A stretch of DNA of 64,000 nucleotides, taken from NCBI GenBank assembly GCA_963708675.1, contig CAVPTO010000003.1:1796719-1860718 (forward strand), given 5' to 3'. The DNA comes from an uncultured Planctomycetota bacterium (GTDB lineage: Bacteria > Planctomycetota > Planctomycetia > Pirellulales > PNKZ01). A program made the translations under genes and the position numbers. The notes beneath the pieces were generated by a model. That model did no database searches, was not told the origin of the DNA, and worked only from the letters and a program-made list of their open reading frames with translations. Positions 45,937 to 54,643 of this stretch are shown piece after piece (position 1 is the stretch's first letter; each line of letters begins with the position of its first letter).

Positions 45937-47574
45937 TTAACCCATGCGACTCGCCGCCCACACGGCTAGCGCTTCTCGGGCGATCTTTGCGTTGTGGCGA
46001 GTGTCGACGGGCAGGGGAGCGGAATGCATGAGAAAGTCGCGAATGCCGCGAGTCGCATCGTAGCTGTCTGCAAGTTCGCGCAGCGATTGTTCGAGCGCAG
46101 AAGTCATCGCCAGATTCGATCCTTTTCGCGACTCAAGCACCACGACCGGCTTCTGCGAGCCGATTGGGCCGGTGCCGACGAGGGCGGATCGCAACACCCC
46201 GGGATGCTGGTTGAAGATTCCCTCGACGGGATCGGTGAAGTAGGTGCGCTCGACGGTCACGGCGCGCTGCGACTTGCGACCGCAGAACCAGAAGCGATCC
46301 TGCTCGTCGAGATGCCCCACGTCCCCCATGCGATGCCAAAACGTGTGGCCATCGACGATCTTCGACGCGGCCATCGCCTCTTCGCGCTGCCAGTAGCGCG
46401 TGACCACCTCGCCGCGCACGATGAGCTCGCCGATCTCGCCCTGCGGCAATGCTTCGGCAACGTCGATCGTCGCGATCGGTTCATCCGTGATGCGAATCAC
46501 ACGCCACTCTATGCCCGGAAAGCGGCGACCGACGCACGTGCCACGCCCTTGCATCCAATCGGCCTTCGTGTGGTCGAGCACTTCCTTCGCCGAAATCGTT
46601 GCCACAGGCAGGGCTTCCGTCGCGCCGTAAGGCGTGTGCATCCCCGCGTCGGGAGTGAGGCACGACGTCATCGTCTGCAAAATGTCGGGCGAAATCGGCG
46701 CGCCGGCCGACAGCACGCACTTCAGCTTTGGCAAATGGATCTTGCGCTCGACACAGTACGGACCGACGCGACTCCACACGGCTGGCGACGCAAAGGCCTG
46801 TGTGACTTCGCAATCGAGTGCCGCCTCGACGATCTTCTCAGGCTCCGCCCGCGCAGGACGGCTGAAGTCCATCTCGGGAAACACCGTCGTCACACCCATC
46901 GCGGCGTCGAACAACGCGAAGAGCGGAAAACATGCGAGGTCGATTTCGCCCGGCTGAATGCCGTACTGATCGCGAATGTCGGTCACTTGGCGGTTGAAGT
47001 TGCCGTGCGTGAAGAGGACCGGCTTCGGCGGACCGGTGCTGCCGCTGGTGAAAATGATCGCGGCGGGATCGTCGACTTCGAGCGGTTCCATCTCGGGCCC
47101 GCTCCACGGCTCGGCCGCCAGCTTGCCAAGCGTCACGCAATCGCCCAGAGTCCACGAGCCGGTGGTGACATTGTAGCGAGCGCCAGCGAAGCGTCGGCCC
47201 ATCAAGCGGCGGACGACATGCACCATCGGGATCGCGATGAATCCGTCGGGCTCGACCTCGTCCAAGCACTTGAGCAGATTCTCGCGGCCCATGCCGGGGT
47301 CGATGAGCACCATGACCGCGCCGCATTTTAAACTGGCGAACACCAGCTCGACGAACTCGATGCCGGGTCGCACCATCAGCACGAGACGCGTCTCCGGGCC
47401 GACGCCCATTCGCTTGAGGCCGCGAGCGAATTGGTCGCTGCGATGGTCGAGCTCGGCGAACGTGATCGAACGATACGTGCGGTGGCCTTGCGCGTCGCGA
47501 CGATCGGGAACGACGACGGCCCGCTGATCGGGATGCAATCGCGCCATTTCGACGAGACGCTCGGCAACATTCAT
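45937..47574 (-). CDS. AMP-dependent synthetase/ligase (acyl-CoA synthetase family)
   Basis: AMP-binding motif IIFTSGSTGPPKPV, YGATE, GELIVRG, MGDVG..D..G. 545 aa. Confidence 0.88.
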   Translation of the reverse strand: MNVAERLVEMARLHPDQRAVVVPDRRDAQGHRTYRSITFAELDHRSDQFARGLKRMGVGPETRLVLMVRPGIEFVELVFASLKCGAVMVLIDPGMGRENLLKCLDEVEPDGFIAIPMVHVVRRLMGRRFAGARYNVTTGSWTLGDCVTLGKLAAEPWSGPEMEPLEVDDPAAIIFTSGSTGPPKPVLFTHGNFNRQVTDIRDQYGIQPGEIDLACFPLFALFDAAMGVTTVFPEMDFSRPARAEPEKIVEAALDCEVTQAFASPAVWSRVGPYCVERKIHLPKLKCVLSAGAPISPDILQTMTSCLTPDAGMHTPYGATEALPVATISAKEVLDHTKADWMQGRGTCVGRRFPGIEWRVIRITDEPIATIDVAEALPQGEIGELIVRGEVVTRYWQREEAMAASKIVDGHTFWHRMGDVGHLDEQDRFWFCGRKSQRAVTVERTYFTDPVEGIFNQHPGVLRSALVGTGPIGSQKPVVVLESRKGSNLAMTSALEQSLRELADSYDATRGIRDFLMHSAPLPVDTRHNAKIAREALAVWAASRMG

Positions 47575-47599
47575 GGCGACATCTCGGCTGCTGATGCTC

Positions 47600-47735
47600 T
47601 AATCCTTCTCCCTCCGGGAGAAGGTGCCGCGAAGCGGCGGATGAGGGCGGGTCGAGTTGGTAACCGCGCTCTACTGCAACCCGCCCTCACCCGGCGGCTG
47701 CGCCGCCACCCTCTCCCGAAGGGAGAGGGGCTTGA
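47600..47735. repeat. compound palindromic 'PLPLGEG' repeat, copy d (inverted relative to 11120-11295)
   Basis: CCTTCTCCC-TCCG-GGAGAAGG ... GATGAGGGCGGG ... CCCGCCCTCACC ... CCCTCTCCC-GAAG-GGAGAGGG. Confidence 0.85.
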
Positions 47736-47740
47736 AAGAC

Positions 47741-48613
47741 TCATCGCGCCACCTCGGCAAGATAGTCGAGCACGATTGCGGCCACGTCGACGTCGGTTAC
47801 TGCGGCGAGTGCCTTCCAACCGGGGACGGCATTCACTTCGATGGCGTAGAGTGTACCATCGCGCGCCGGCAGCAGGTCGACGCCGGCGAATGGCGCACCG
47901 ACTGCGGCGGCGGCACGAAATGCAAGCTCCGCGAGTTCATGCGTCACTTCGAGCGGTTCGCCGTGCGCGCCGCAACTGATATTCGTGCGCCAGTCGAGCG
48001 CGTTGCGGCGTCGCATGCCGAAGATGCGATGCCCGATGATCAACAAGCGCAGGTCGCAACCTTCGTGGGCGATGAACTCTTGCACGTAAAGCACGGCGCC
48101 GAGACGTTCGAGCATGCGAAACGCGCGGAGCGCCATCGCGGCATCTTCAAGCCTCGCGATGCCGCGACCTTCGGAACCAAATAACGGTTTTACGACGACA
48201 TCGCGTCCGAGAGTGTCGAACGCCGCCATCGCTTCGTCGGCGGTTTGACAGACGATCGTCTTAGGGGTCCGCAGCCCCGCCGCCTGCAGCTTCGCTGAGG
48301 TCAGAAACTTGTCGACGGCTGCTTCGACCGCTCGCGGCGGGTTGATGACTGGCATGCCTGCGGCCTCGCAGCGAGCAAGCAAATCCATGCGGAACACGAC
48401 TTGTTCCAACGATCCCGGCGGCATCGATCGCACCAGCACGGCGTCGAACACATCGAACCTCACCGGCCCGGCATTGATCGCGATGCCATCGTCATCGATT
48501 CGGCACGCGAGCTCCGAGAACGGCACGGCCGTGACCTGGTGACGATCGGCCGCGGCGCGTTGTAAATCGCGCAAGTACCAACTGTCGGAGTTGCCGAGAA
48601 CGCCCAGGTGCAT
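47741..48613 (-). CDS. RimK-family ATP-grasp ligase, probably tetrahydromethanopterin:alpha-L-glutamate ligase (MptN-like)
   Basis: ATP-grasp motifs VVVKPLFGSEGRGI, YVQEFI, FAGVDLL....YAIEVN. Start overlaps the mch stop (TAATG). Confidence 0.75.
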   Translation of the reverse strand: MHLGVLGNSDSWYLRDLQRAAADRHQVTAVPFSELACRIDDDGIAINAGPVRFDVFDAVLVRSMPPGSLEQVVFRMDLLARCEAAGMPVINPPRAVEAAVDKFLTSAKLQAAGLRTPKTIVCQTADEAMAAFDTLGRDVVVKPLFGSEGRGIARLEDAAMALRAFRMLERLGAVLYVQEFIAHEGCDLRLLIIGHRIFGMRRRNALDWRTNISCGAHGEPLEVTHELAELAFRAAAAVGAPFAGVDLLPARDGTLYAIEVNAVPGWKALAAVTDVDVAAIVLDYLAEVAR

Positions 48614-49554
48614 TACGTGGTAAACGAGCGTTGAAGGACCGAGGGGTTGAGCGTGCCGAAACGATGGACGCGGCCGGTGTCGACGTTTTGAAATGTCACC
48701 ATCGCCGGGCTGAAGAGCAGGGGGTCGATGTCGTAAAACTTGCGGCCGTAGCGCTCGAAAATCTCCGCGAACGGTTGGCCATAGTCGCTCGATGCGTTGC
48801 TCGGCACTTTCGGGCCAAGCGCGTTGAGCGACTCGTCGTCGCCGCGGACCCACAATGTCACTTCGGCGCCGTAGAGAATCGAGTCGTTGGTGCGCCCTAT
48901 GGCGGCGAGATCGTTCCTTGCCAGCGGCGGCAACGGCGCGGTTCCCCAAGCACTGACGATGCGTTTCAAATCGAAGTCGAGCTCGAGCAACTTGTGCATC
49001 GTTGTCTCGACGCTGCGAGCCACGACTTGCAACGAGCCGGCGATGCTCGACGTCGGCGCGACGAGCACCGTGAGTTGCGAAGTCGCGACGCCGCAAGACT
49101 TCGCAAGATCTTCGACCACCGAGGCTGGCGGAAGTTGACGCGTTTCGAGAGCGCCGACGGCGACGGTCGAGGCCTCGCTAATACCGAAGCGCTCGAAAAA
49201 CTTCTCACGCGCCGCGCAGGCACGCATCGGCCCCGATCCCATCGCGAAATAGCCGTCCCCCTTCACTTCCCATCCGGCGTACTGAGCGGCCATGCACGCC
49301 CAGATCGGTTGATCGCTAAACACCGTCACCGCGGGACCAGCGATGTCGGGGATGGTCGATGGCACGAGCGACACGGTGCCGAGCCCACCCATGCACGCTT
49401 CGGCCAGCTTGACGCCGGCCTCGAGACCGCCGAGCGTTTCGATGCCCAGGTCGAGCACCGTCGCGTCGGCAGTGCGATGAACGGCGATGCGAAGCCGCGC
49501 CGCCTCGGACGTCAGTTGGTCGCAAATCTTTGCGGCGCGCTCGTTCAGTTTCAT
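48613..49554 (-). CDS. mch: methenyltetrahydromethanopterin cyclohydrolase
   Basis: GGLEAGVKLAEACMGGLG, IWACMAAQYAGW, GSGPMRA, SIAGSLQVVARSVET, FSPAMVTFQNVDTGRVHRFG. Confidence 0.88.
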   Translation of the reverse strand: MKLNERAAKICDQLTSEAARLRIAVHRTADATVLDLGIETLGGLEAGVKLAEACMGGLGTVSLVPSTIPDIAGPAVTVFSDQPIWACMAAQYAGWEVKGDGYFAMGSGPMRACAAREKFFERFGISEASTVAVGALETRQLPPASVVEDLAKSCGVATSQLTVLVAPTSSIAGSLQVVARSVETTMHKLLELDFDLKRIVSAWGTAPLPPLARNDLAAIGRTNDSILYGAEVTLWVRGDDESLNALGPKVPSNASSDYGQPFAEIFERYGRKFYDIDPLLFSPAMVTFQNVDTGRVHRFGTLNPSVLQRSFTT

Positions 49555-49698
49555 TGCGGCCATCATGCGCAATACTGCCCCGGGTGTGCAACGCCCGACG
49601 CAGGAGAATGCCCAAAGCAGGGACGCGATCCCTGGTCGTGCGTGGCTATTCTGAGGTACGATTGTCGCGGGCATTCCTGCTTCGGAGAACGCATCGCC

Positions 49699-50354
49699 GT
49701 GGCTAGTCTGACGGTCGAAAACTATCTCAAGGCGATCTACCAGATCAGCCATCAAAACGACGGTCCTGCCGCGACCGGCGAGGTGGCGCAGTGCTCGACG
49801 TGTCGCCGGGCACGGTGACGAGCATGCTCAAGACGCTGGCCGACGGCGGCCTGGCAAAGTACACGCCTTACGAGGGCGTGCGACTGACGCCGGCTGGCAA
49901 GGCGATGGCCTTGCGCGTGGTGCGGCGGCATCGGCTGATCGAGCTGTTTCTCGTCCGCACGTTACAGCTCACGTGGGACGAAGTACACGAAGAAGCCGAG
50001 AACATGGAGCACGCGGTAAGCGATCTGCTCGTCGACCGCATCGACACGTTTCTCGGACATCCGAAGACCGACCCGCACGGCGACCCGATTCCTAGTGCCG
50101 AAGGGTCGATCGAGCCAGAATCGCATCGCACGCTGGCCGACTGCCAGCCGGGCGAAGTGTTCGAGTTGGCGCGAGTGTTGGACCAAACGCCCGAGTTCCT
50201 CCGCTATCTCACCGAGGCCGGCCTGCCGCTGGGCTCCAAGGGGGAAGTGGTCAGCAATCGCGCGGAGTCTGGCGTCATTCAGATCGCCGTTGGTCGTCGC
50301 ACCACCATGCTGGGTCATGGCGCCGCCGAAAAGCTGCTCGTGACGCAAGGTTAG
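49699..50354 (+). pseudogene. DtxR/MntR-family metal-dependent repressor with FeoA-like C-terminal domain, frame broken near 49789-49792
   Basis: GTG 49699 (SD GGAGAA) encodes helix 1, LTVENYLKAIYQISHQNDGPAATGEVAQ, in frame 1. The rest, LDVSPGTVTSMLKTL...RRHRLIELFL...DPHGDPIP, is in frame 0. Confidence 0.7.
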
Positions 50355-50367
50355 CGACGGCTTGGCA

Positions 50368-50383
50368 CGGCACCGCCTTTGCA
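50368..50383 (+). promoter_or_regulatory. candidate sigma-54 (-24/-12) promoter
   Basis: CGGCACcgcctTTGCA versus consensus TGGCACG-N4-TTGCW. GG at 50369-50370 and GC at 50381-50382 with canonical spacing. About 90 nt upstream of the ATG at 50475. Confidence 0.5.
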
Positions 50384-50474
50384 GCGGATATTGCTTAGGG
50401 GTGCAACCCCGCTGGTGGGATTGCGCCCGTAAGTCGCTATTGGCGACTCATCAAAGGCAAAGAGGAGCATCGCG

Positions 50475-51215
50475 ATGACCGTAGGAACGAACGACCACGC
50501 ACTTCGCGTCGACATCGATAGCGGCAGCTACCACTTGAGCAAGGTGATGCGCGAGAGAATGGACGGCGACCTGCATACGCTTCGCAAGATGATCGAAGAC
50601 TTTCCGACTTCGGACTTGAAGGTCGAGATCGATCAGCAGCACGGAACGATTCACCTCTCGACGAGCTTGCGGCTGGCGAACCATACGCTCTACACCGGCG
50701 ACGCCGACGACCAGCTTCATCCCGCCTGGGAGCGGTGCATTCGCAAGCTCATGAATAAGGTGCGGGCGTTCAAGGAACGGCTTGCGAACAAAGATGAGTA
50801 CACGAAGGAAGCCGACGGCACGTCGCACAAGGTGCGGCCTTCGATGGACCCGGATGCGGCGGCTCTCGATGAGGCGATTGCACAGCTTGATTACCCGGCA
50901 TTTCGCGATGCGCTGGCGGTGTACGACGAAGCGATCGAGAAGCGCATCGGCCGCATCGTGCAGCGACATCCGGCGACCGAAACAGCACTCGAAGACGGAC
51001 TGACGATCTCAACGATCATGGAAGAAGTGTTTCTCAACGCCTTCGAGCGCGCCGCACATCGCCCGATGCAGGTGCCGCTCGGGCAATGGCTCGAAGATTT
51101 GATCGAGCCGTCGATTTCCATTCTCGAACGCCATCCCGACGAGGAACGCGCGAACATTGAGCTCGTGCAGGCGGCGAAAGAAGCGATCGATCGCCAAGCG
51201 TCGTCTCGGAACTGA
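50475..51215 (+). CDS. HPF/YfiA ('sigma-54 modulation protein')-like N-terminal domain fused to a helical C-terminal region resembling sigma-70 region 2 (tentative)
   Basis: SD AGAGGAG. LRVDIDSGSYHLSKVMRERMDGDLHTLRKMIEDF..LKVEIDQ..GTIHLSTSLRL...LYTGDADDQLHPAWERCIRKLMNKVRAFKERL follows the HPF beta-alpha-beta-beta-beta-alpha pattern. Confidence 0.6.
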   Translation: MTVGTNDHALRVDIDSGSYHLSKVMRERMDGDLHTLRKMIEDFPTSDLKVEIDQQHGTIHLSTSLRLANHTLYTGDADDQLHPAWERCIRKLMNKVRAFKERLANKDEYTKEADGTSHKVRPSMDPDAAALDEAIAQLDYPAFRDALAVYDEAIEKRIGRIVQRHPATETALEDGLTISTIMEEVFLNAFERAAHRPMQVPLGQWLEDLIEPSISILERHPDEERANIELVQAAKEAIDRQASSRN

Positions 51216-51229
51216 GAACGTTCCGACAC

Positions 51230-54200
51230 TCAGGAGGTTTCGTCGTGGCGCTCGTGCCACACCGACGTATGAAAAATGCCCGCCGGGCGATGCATCCGCA
51301 CGACCGGCGAGTGTTTTTCGATGCGAAGTCGCTTGCGTGGACGACGCGGCATCTCGGCAGGTGGATCGGCGGGCAACTCGGGCACGTCGATCATTGGTTC
51401 GGGAAGCAAGTCGGCCTTCGGCGCTGGCGGCGGTTCGATTGGAGGCGGCGGCGCCACGAAGACCGGTTGCACGACGGGCGGCGGCTCGACGACCTTGACG
51501 TACTCGATAACCTTCACGGGCTCGATGATCTTCGGCTCTGGAATCTTCACAGGCTCGACGTAGGCGCGGCCCTTGGCGGGTAGCGTGATGACCGGCACGC
51601 CGCGACTGCCGAACAGGCGAGCCATGTGTTCGTGGCAGGTGAAGACGATTAGTTGGTGGCCGCGCTCGGCGAAGGTTTGCAACACGCCGGCTGCGGCGGC
51701 TGCGCGCTGGGCGTCGAAATTCACGAGCACGTCGTCGAGCAGCATCGGCAATCGTGCGCCACGGCGAGCGTAGGCGCTCACCAGCGCCAACCGCAAGCTG
51801 AGATACACCTGCTCGCGTGTGCCGCGACTCAGCACTTCGACGCGAATCGATTGTCCCTGTCGATCGTCGACCCGAAGCACGTCTTCATCGAGCGGCGTCC
51901 ACACGCGTTGGTATCGGCCCTCGGTCATCTGGGCGAGATATTGCGACGCTTCGCGCAGCGTCTCGGGCTGTCGTTGCGACTCGTATTGTTTGCGAACCAT
52001 CGCGAGCGCGCGATGCGTGACGGCCTGCGTCTGCCAACGTTCGACCGCTTCGCGCAGCTGTTGGTCAACGGCCGCGCGTTCGAGCAGGCGATCGCTGAGC
52101 TGCGTGTCGCCTGCCATGCCGAGCAGCCGCTCGTGCGTTTGCCCGCGTTGCTCGGCCGTCGTGCGCACTTGCTTCACCAATTCGTCGCGACGCTCGGTGG
52201 TCGACGCTTTTTCGCGCAGCGTTTCCGGCTGGTCGTGTTGCGTCAGGTGTTGCTCGATCTCCGCCGGCGAAGCGTCGCCGATGATTCGGGCCAATTCGCG
52301 AGTGAGCGTGTCGCGTTCGACTTCGAGACCCTGGATGCGCGCGGCTTCGACGGCCCAGCGGCGCAACTGCGCCTCATCGGCCGCCCCCGCCTCGTCGAGC
52401 AAGGCCTGTCGACGACGTCGCACCGAACCAGCGGCGCGTGTGGCCTTGCGTTCGAGGTGACGCAGCCGTCGATCGGACTTGCGCAACTCGCCACGTCGTT
52501 CGACGAGCAATTGCTGCTCGATGAGCGCCTCGTGCAAGGCGTTGAGCAGCGCCTCGGGCTCGCCGTCTTCGAGCTTGAGGCGTGAATCGGTGACGAGCGT
52601 CGTGATGCGTTGATGCAGGGCGTCGCGCTCGCGTTTGCGTTCGATGAGTTCGTTGCGGTTGCGAGCGATGCCACGTGTCATTTCTTCGAGCGCATCGCGG
52701 CGATCGGCGAAAGCCCGCAACTGTTTTACGGACAGCGTCCCCGGTAGTCCGGCGGCCTCGAGCCCCTGACGCCAACGGCGGCGCGCGACGTCGAATTCTT
52801 CCTTCGCTTGCTTGAATCTCTTGCGTGCGGACCCGTGCTGCGATTGTGTGCTCTTGCGGTCGGCCTCGAGTGGAAGCAACTGCTCGATCGCGGCTTGCTC
52901 CTTCTCGGCCGCGGCAAGTCGCGCGAGCAGCGGCCCGCCGCCTTTGGGAAGTTCGGCATCGAGACGATCGCGCTCGGCCTTCGCGTCGGCGATTTGCTTC
53001 GTCAGCAGAGCGGCTTGTTGTTCGTTGGTGTCGAAGTCGCGCGCGGCCGAGCGCTCCATCCAATGCTTGACGCCCGAGGCCGCGCCGGCCGAAACGAGCC
53101 CGAGCACGGCCATCATCCAACCGGTGCTTCGTAAAAACGCCTGCGGCAGTAACGTGCCGGTGAGCATGAGCGCGACGCCGATGGCGAACACGCCGCCCAG
53201 CACGCCGAGCAGCCACACGGGCAGGATTTGATTGTCGACGATGTAGTGGCCTTCTTGCGAAACCTCGCCTTGCTGCCGCGACATGTCGGCCAGCCGCTCA
53301 TCGAGTTGCACGCGCTTCCGCAGCTTCGTGACAAGCTCGCCGGCCTTCTGATGGCCCGCGGCGACATCGTCGTGCCCGTGTTCGTCGAGCTTCTTCTGCA
53401 CGTCGGCTTGTTGCTCGGCAAGCGCGTCGTCGGCACGCTTCACGCCTTGCTTGGCTTCAACGAGCTGTCGCTGAGCGGCGCGACATTGCCGCTCGAGCGG
53501 CTTGAGGCGTTCGAGCGCGGCGGCCTGAAACGTGAATTTGCCGTCGGCCGGCTGCGCGAGGCCGAGCAGGCGGTGCTCCTCGGCGAGTTGTTCGGTGGAG
53601 AGGTCGATGTCGCCTTGCAGTTGCTTGATCTGCGACGCCAGCGACTTGAGCCAGCCTTGTTGTTCGACGAGGGCCTCGATCCGCGGGCCATGCTTCACTA
53701 ACGAATCGCGGATGCGCAGCTTTCGAGCTTCGCGACGCAGATCGCGACGCTTGCGTCCGACGTGCGCGATGCGTCGCTTCCAGGTTTTGATCTTCGCCGC
53801 GAGGGCGTCGAGTTCTTCGAGGGCCCCGCCGCGCAGCGAACCGACGTCGCCAAGCGATTTGAGTTCGGCGAGCACCTGGCTGCGCCGTTGCCACGGTTCG
53901 CGTGCGGCGGCGGCCTTGTCGAGCCAATCGAGCCGCTGTTGGCAGCGACGCTGTTCGGCTTCCAGGCCCGCGAGCGTTTGATCGAGCCGGTCGCGCTCTT
54001 GCAGCAAACCAGCGTACTGCCGCGCTTGATGGCCGAGTCGTGAGGTTTCATCGCTCAATCGATGCCGCTCGCCGACGAGTTGTACTATTTGCGACGTGCG
54101 GCCATCGGGCGCGAGCAACCGATTGCGCGATGTGTCGAGCTCGCGCATCACGTCGATCAGCGAAACGCGGTCGAGCCCGGTCGCCAGTCGGTAAAGCATG

Positions 54201-54643
54201 TCGGCTGCGGCGGTGTCGCTGAGCGTGCCGAGCTCTTGAATCTCGCGCATGCCGATGGCGAACACGTTGCGGAAGATCGGCTCATCGACGCCCGACAACA
54301 ATGAATCGAGCGTCGGAGCATCGTGCGCGGGGCCACGTGCATCGACAACCCGCACTTGGCCATCGACCGTGCCGCGGTCGTCGTCGGCACGATGGACGAC
54401 CAATCGTCCGCGCGGGGTCGCGACGTTCAACCGTCCGCCGGCGCGGCCGCCACCGAGCGGCGGCAAGTAGCGAGCCCGCCGCTCGTCGTTGAAGCCGTAG
54501 AGCATCGCCCGCACGAATTGCATGAGCGTCGTCTTGCCTGCTTCGTTCGGGCCGTAGATGACGGTCAGCCCGTCCGAGACGCCGCTCAGCGACAGCCCGT
54601 TCCAAGCTCCAAAACCGTCAATCTCGACTTCATGAATCTTCAT
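51230..54643 (-). CDS. SMC-like AAA ATPase of the YhaN/SbcC type, with mid-molecule TM hairpin and Pro-rich C-terminal tail
   Basis: N-terminal VEIDGFGAW...GPNEAGKTT. Long coiled coils. TM pair VWLLGVLGGVFAIGVALML / WMMAVLGLVSAGAASGV. C-terminal LSRGTREQVYLSLRLAL and Walker B PMLLDDVLVNFD. Confidence 0.8.
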   Translation of the reverse strand: MKIHEVEIDGFGAWNGLSLSGVSDGLTVIYGPNEAGKTTLMQFVRAMLYGFNDERRARYLPPLGGGRAGGRLNVATPRGRLVVHRADDDRGTVDGQVRVVDARGPAHDAPTLDSLLSGVDEPIFRNVFAIGMREIQELGTLSDTAAADMLYRLATGLDRVSLIDVMRELDTSRNRLLAPDGRTSQIVQLVGERHRLSDETSRLGHQARQYAGLLQERDRLDQTLAGLEAEQRRCQQRLDWLDKAAAAREPWQRRSQVLAELKSLGDVGSLRGGALEELDALAAKIKTWKRRIAHVGRKRRDLRREARKLRIRDSLVKHGPRIEALVEQQGWLKSLASQIKQLQGDIDLSTEQLAEEHRLLGLAQPADGKFTFQAAALERLKPLERQCRAAQRQLVEAKQGVKRADDALAEQQADVQKKLDEHGHDDVAAGHQKAGELVTKLRKRVQLDERLADMSRQQGEVSQEGHYIVDNQILPVWLLGVLGGVFAIGVALMLTGTLLPQAFLRSTGWMMAVLGLVSAGAASGVKHWMERSAARDFDTNEQQAALLTKQIADAKAERDRLDAELPKGGGPLLARLAAAEKEQAAIEQLLPLEADRKSTQSQHGSARKRFKQAKEEFDVARRRWRQGLEAAGLPGTLSVKQLRAFADRRDALEEMTRGIARNRNELIERKRERDALHQRITTLVTDSRLKLEDGEPEALLNALHEALIEQQLLVERRGELRKSDRRLRHLERKATRAAGSVRRRRQALLDEAGAADEAQLRRWAVEAARIQGLEVERDTLTRELARIIGDASPAEIEQHLTQHDQPETLREKASTTERRDELVKQVRTTAEQRGQTHERLLGMAGDTQLSDRLLERAAVDQQLREAVERWQTQAVTHRALAMVRKQYESQRQPETLREASQYLAQMTEGRYQRVWTPLDEDVLRVDDRQGQSIRVEVLSRGTREQVYLSLRLALVSAYARRGARLPMLLDDVLVNFDAQRAAAAAGVLQTFAERGHQLIVFTCHEHMARLFGSRGVPVITLPAKGRAYVEPVKIPEPKIIEPVKVIEYVKVVEPPPVVQPVFVAPPPPIEPPPAPKADLLPEPMIDVPELPADPPAEMPRRPRKRLRIEKHSPVVRMHRPAGIFHTSVWHERHDETS

